Assembly (NCBI RefSeq): GCF_037042905.1 | Contig: NC_087252.1 | Span: 20,834,001-20,898,000, forward strand | DNA: 64,000 nt | Reading direction: 5' to 3' | Source: Lytechinus pictus | Taxonomy: Eukaryota | Part shown: positions 63,635 to 64,000 of the stretch, piece by piece | Numbering within the stretch: the stretch's first letter is position 1 | How the letters are laid out: every line of letters starts with the position of its first letter | The notes under the pieces: generated by a model | What the model was told of the DNA's origin: nothing | The model's input: the letters and a program-made list of their open reading frames with translations, nothing else | The model's database searches: none | Program-made: the position numbers and the translations under genes

Positions 63635-63955
63635 AAATACACATGTACAGATAAACTCACAAAAAGTATTATTCAAAATTTGTTTAATATAATATATCAC
63701 ACATTTGTATAACAGTTTCACAATACGATTTGATGAGTTTTCATAAATTTTACACCATAACTACGACTTCCAAATTGGCAAAATTATCTATAGAGAGAAT
63801 ATCGCTAGCTTACATGTACATGTATTTGCGAATTTTGAAATCGTAGATAAGGGTGTAAAATTTGTCATTAAAATACATCAAATCGTATTTTGAAACTAAT
63901 GTATAATATGATATTAAACACATTTCAAACATATTTTTATGACTTTTATGTGTAT
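63635..63955. mobile_element. Palindromic MITE remnant
   Basis: aatacgatttgatg (~63722) is inverted as catcaaatcgtatt (~63876), with further paired arms around a central tacatgtacatgta. Confidence 0.6.
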
Positions 63956-64000
63956 TATTGTTTAAAAAAAAAGGAATTTAGGCAAACGTTAATAACTAAT

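Overview
This is AT-rich, intron-containing eukaryotic DNA. The repeat landscape and proteins suggest a marine invertebrate deuterostome, probably a sea urchin or other echinoderm (inference). Four spliced genes were reconstructed by hand with GT-AG boundaries and consistent phases. (1) RBBP5 (+, 12 coding exons, 1661-13249); its first ~15 codons lie upstream of the window. (2) An out-at-first (OAF) homolog (-, 4 exons, 28282-16663). (3) RPLP1 (+, 4 exons, 28846-34047), head-to-head with OAF. (4) A 5'-incomplete, tyrosine-motif-rich disordered adaptor resembling PAG1/Cbp (-, 8 exons, 58610-45218). Introns hold an L2/CR1-type LINE end, SINEs, a Helentron-type element and many MITEs, several of them nested. 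The most interesting signals are: a candidate conserved three-way-junction RNA in the RPLP1 5'UTR carrying the rRNA stalk-base CUAAG motif; a ~150-bp tandem array that repeats the adaptor's HPYATV phosphotyrosine exon end plus splice donor as potential in-frame cassette exons; a roughly 20-fold excess of TACATGTA, consistent with Tc1/mariner excision footprints; and an inverted MITE pair bracketing the OAF/RPLP1 bidirectional promoter. All calls are by eye, with no database searches run.
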